Positions 62,320 through 64,000 of a stretch of DNA of 64,000 nt are shown in pieces. The position numbers and the translations under genes are program-made. The notes under the pieces are model-generated. The model was not told where the DNA came from and made no database searches. It saw only the letters and a list, made by a program, of their open reading frames with translations. The stretch is from Macrostomum lignano. Lineage: Eukaryota. Where the stretch lies: NCBI GenBank assembly GCA_002269645.1, contig NIVC01001145.1, positions 1-64,000 of the forward strand. Direction: 5' to 3'. How positions within the stretch are numbered: position 1 is the first letter of the stretch; each line of letters starts with the position of its first letter.

Positions 62320-62719
62320 ATAGTTGAAACAGATTTACCTGTTGTTTCTGTTTAATTAAACAAACGCACAACAAATGCAGCAACTGCGAATGCAAAAAGT
62401 TGATAAAATATGATGACGCAATTGTCGAGAGAGAAAATGCTTAGAATTTCAAACATTGGCACGCAAACTGCGCGCTAAGCTTTTATTATTGGTCGATGTT
62501 TTTCAAACCATGTCAGTCTTCGATGGCTTTAACAAAAATTTCAGAGTAAGGCTGCTTCTGACGCAGATGAACTCGACGCTGTTTGGCCAACTCTGTGCGC
62601 AAAACAATAAGTAAAACTGTTTGTGCCTTGATTTGCTACAAATGCTGACTTAAGTAGACATGCAAGGAAAAAGTTTACAAAACAGAGAGACTGGGTGAAA
62701 GGGGAGACTCGGATAATTA

Positions 62720-63225
62720 AGGAGATTGGGAAGAATAAGAGAATGGGAAGATTAGGAGAATGGGAAGATTGGGAGAATGGGAAGATTGGGAGAATGGGAA
62801 GATTGGGAGAATGGGAAGATTGGGAGAATGGGAAGAATAGGAGAATGGGAAGATTGGGAGAATGGGAAGAATAAGAGAATGGGAAGAATAGGAGAATGGG
62901 AAGATTGGGAGAATGGGAAGATTGGGAGAATGGGAAGAATAGGAGAATGGGAAGAATAGGAGAATGGGAAGATTGGGAGAATGGGAAGAATAGGAGAATG
63001 GGAAGAATAGGAGAATGGGAAGAATAGGGAGAATGGAAAGAATAGGAGAATGGGAGGACTGGGAGAATGAGAAGATTGGAAGAATGGGAAGATTGGAAGA
63101 ATGGGAGGATTAGAAGAATTGGAAGAATAGGAGAATGGGAAGATTGGGAGAATTGAGGGATAGAGAGAATCGAGGAGATGGGGATAATGGGGAGTTTAGG
63201 AGAATTGAGAATTGGGAGATCTGGA
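62720..63225. repeat. 17-bp purine-rich minisatellite
   Basis: Unit gggagaatgggaagatt. Confidence 0.95.
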
Positions 63226-63734
63226 AGTTTGAGACGGTGAGACTTTAAGAGGAAAAATGAATAAATCAGAAATGAATAAAACAAGTCTCACCAAGCAGGC
63301 CGGCAAAAGCTCTGGCAGCCTCTTTCTTTGTAGCGCCATTGGGCGGGCACAGCGACGCGAACGGCCGATAGTCGTCGCCAATCTCGCTGCCGCTGTCAGC
63401 CTGTTGCTGTTGAGACCGGCGAATTCCCTCCATCAACAGCTCCTGGTCTTGCGAAAGCGGTGGTCTGCAATCGAATTAAGTACATGCTGCACTTTGCCAA
63501 AGTTAAAGAATTAATTAATAAACTGCTTTGCTGTTTTAAATACTCAAATAGCCGCCCTCAGACCCGGGTGTTACAAAAAACAGTCCAGGCTTGTTAAAAA
63601 TTTCACCCCATCTGATCTCAAGCCAATCTTCGATTATTAATTAACCGTAGATTGACGAAATCATAACTAATTGGGACGCACTCCGATATCATCAGTGGGC
63701 GGATGTTATTAAAAAAACGCCATTTTTTACCGAT

Positions 63735-63935
63735 AGGTCAATCCAATCTACAGATTAGTCAATCCAATCTACAGATTGGTCAAACCAGTCTACAGATTGG
63801 TCAATCCAATCTACAGATTAGTCAATCCAGTCTACCGATTGGTCAATCCAATCTACAGATTGGTCAAACCAGTCTACACATTGGTCAATCTAATCTACAG
63901 ATTTGTCAATCTAATCTACAGATCGGTCGATACAA
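63735..63935. repeat. 21-bp minisatellite
   Basis: Unit ggtcaatccaatctacagatt. Confidence 0.93.
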
Positions 63936-64000
63936 TCTAAATATTGGCCTAAAAATGACGAACCTTTCGGCTACAAACGAAGCGAAAACCTCTTCCGGCG

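Overview
Eukaryotic (metazoan) genomic DNA. There is no prokaryotic gene organisation, rRNA, tRNA or CRISPR array. GC-rich exons in a minisatellite-saturated background resemble the flatworm Macrostomum (inference only). Two host genes converge. A RABGAP1-like gene (+ strand, 9 coding exons at 14874-23535, 994 aa, plus a candidate 21-nt microexon) faces an NK1/slouch homeobox gene (- strand, 3 exons at 42880-39409, with about 21 kb of non-coding sequence upstream). Positions 1-11342 hold a decayed Ty3/Gypsy LTR retrotransposon (- strand). Its gag is split by a full-length Ingi-type LINE (6162-10657, exact 14-bp TSD). That LINE carries a candidate HDV-like ribozyme exactly at its 5' boundary, a 2A-like motif (DVEPNLGP), a PHD finger, APE, RT and RNase H. 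It landed in frame with gag, leaving an open gag/ribozyme/2A/PHD/APE chimeric ORF behind the LTR. Next come two MITE-like inserts with 8-bp TSDs and a dead DD37E Tc1/mariner-superfamily transposase. A full-length, young-looking LOA-clade LINE (28040-33925, 13-bp TSD) sits inside a 28-bp minisatellite, and a solo LTR lies at 61502-62319. About 30 tandem arrays fill nearly every intron and intergenic gap, including a 4-kb satellite with hierarchical higher-order structure. Most long ORFs in the supplied track beyond 23.8 kb, apart from the LINE and NK1 ORFs, are repeat artefacts. All calls are by eye and no database searches were run.
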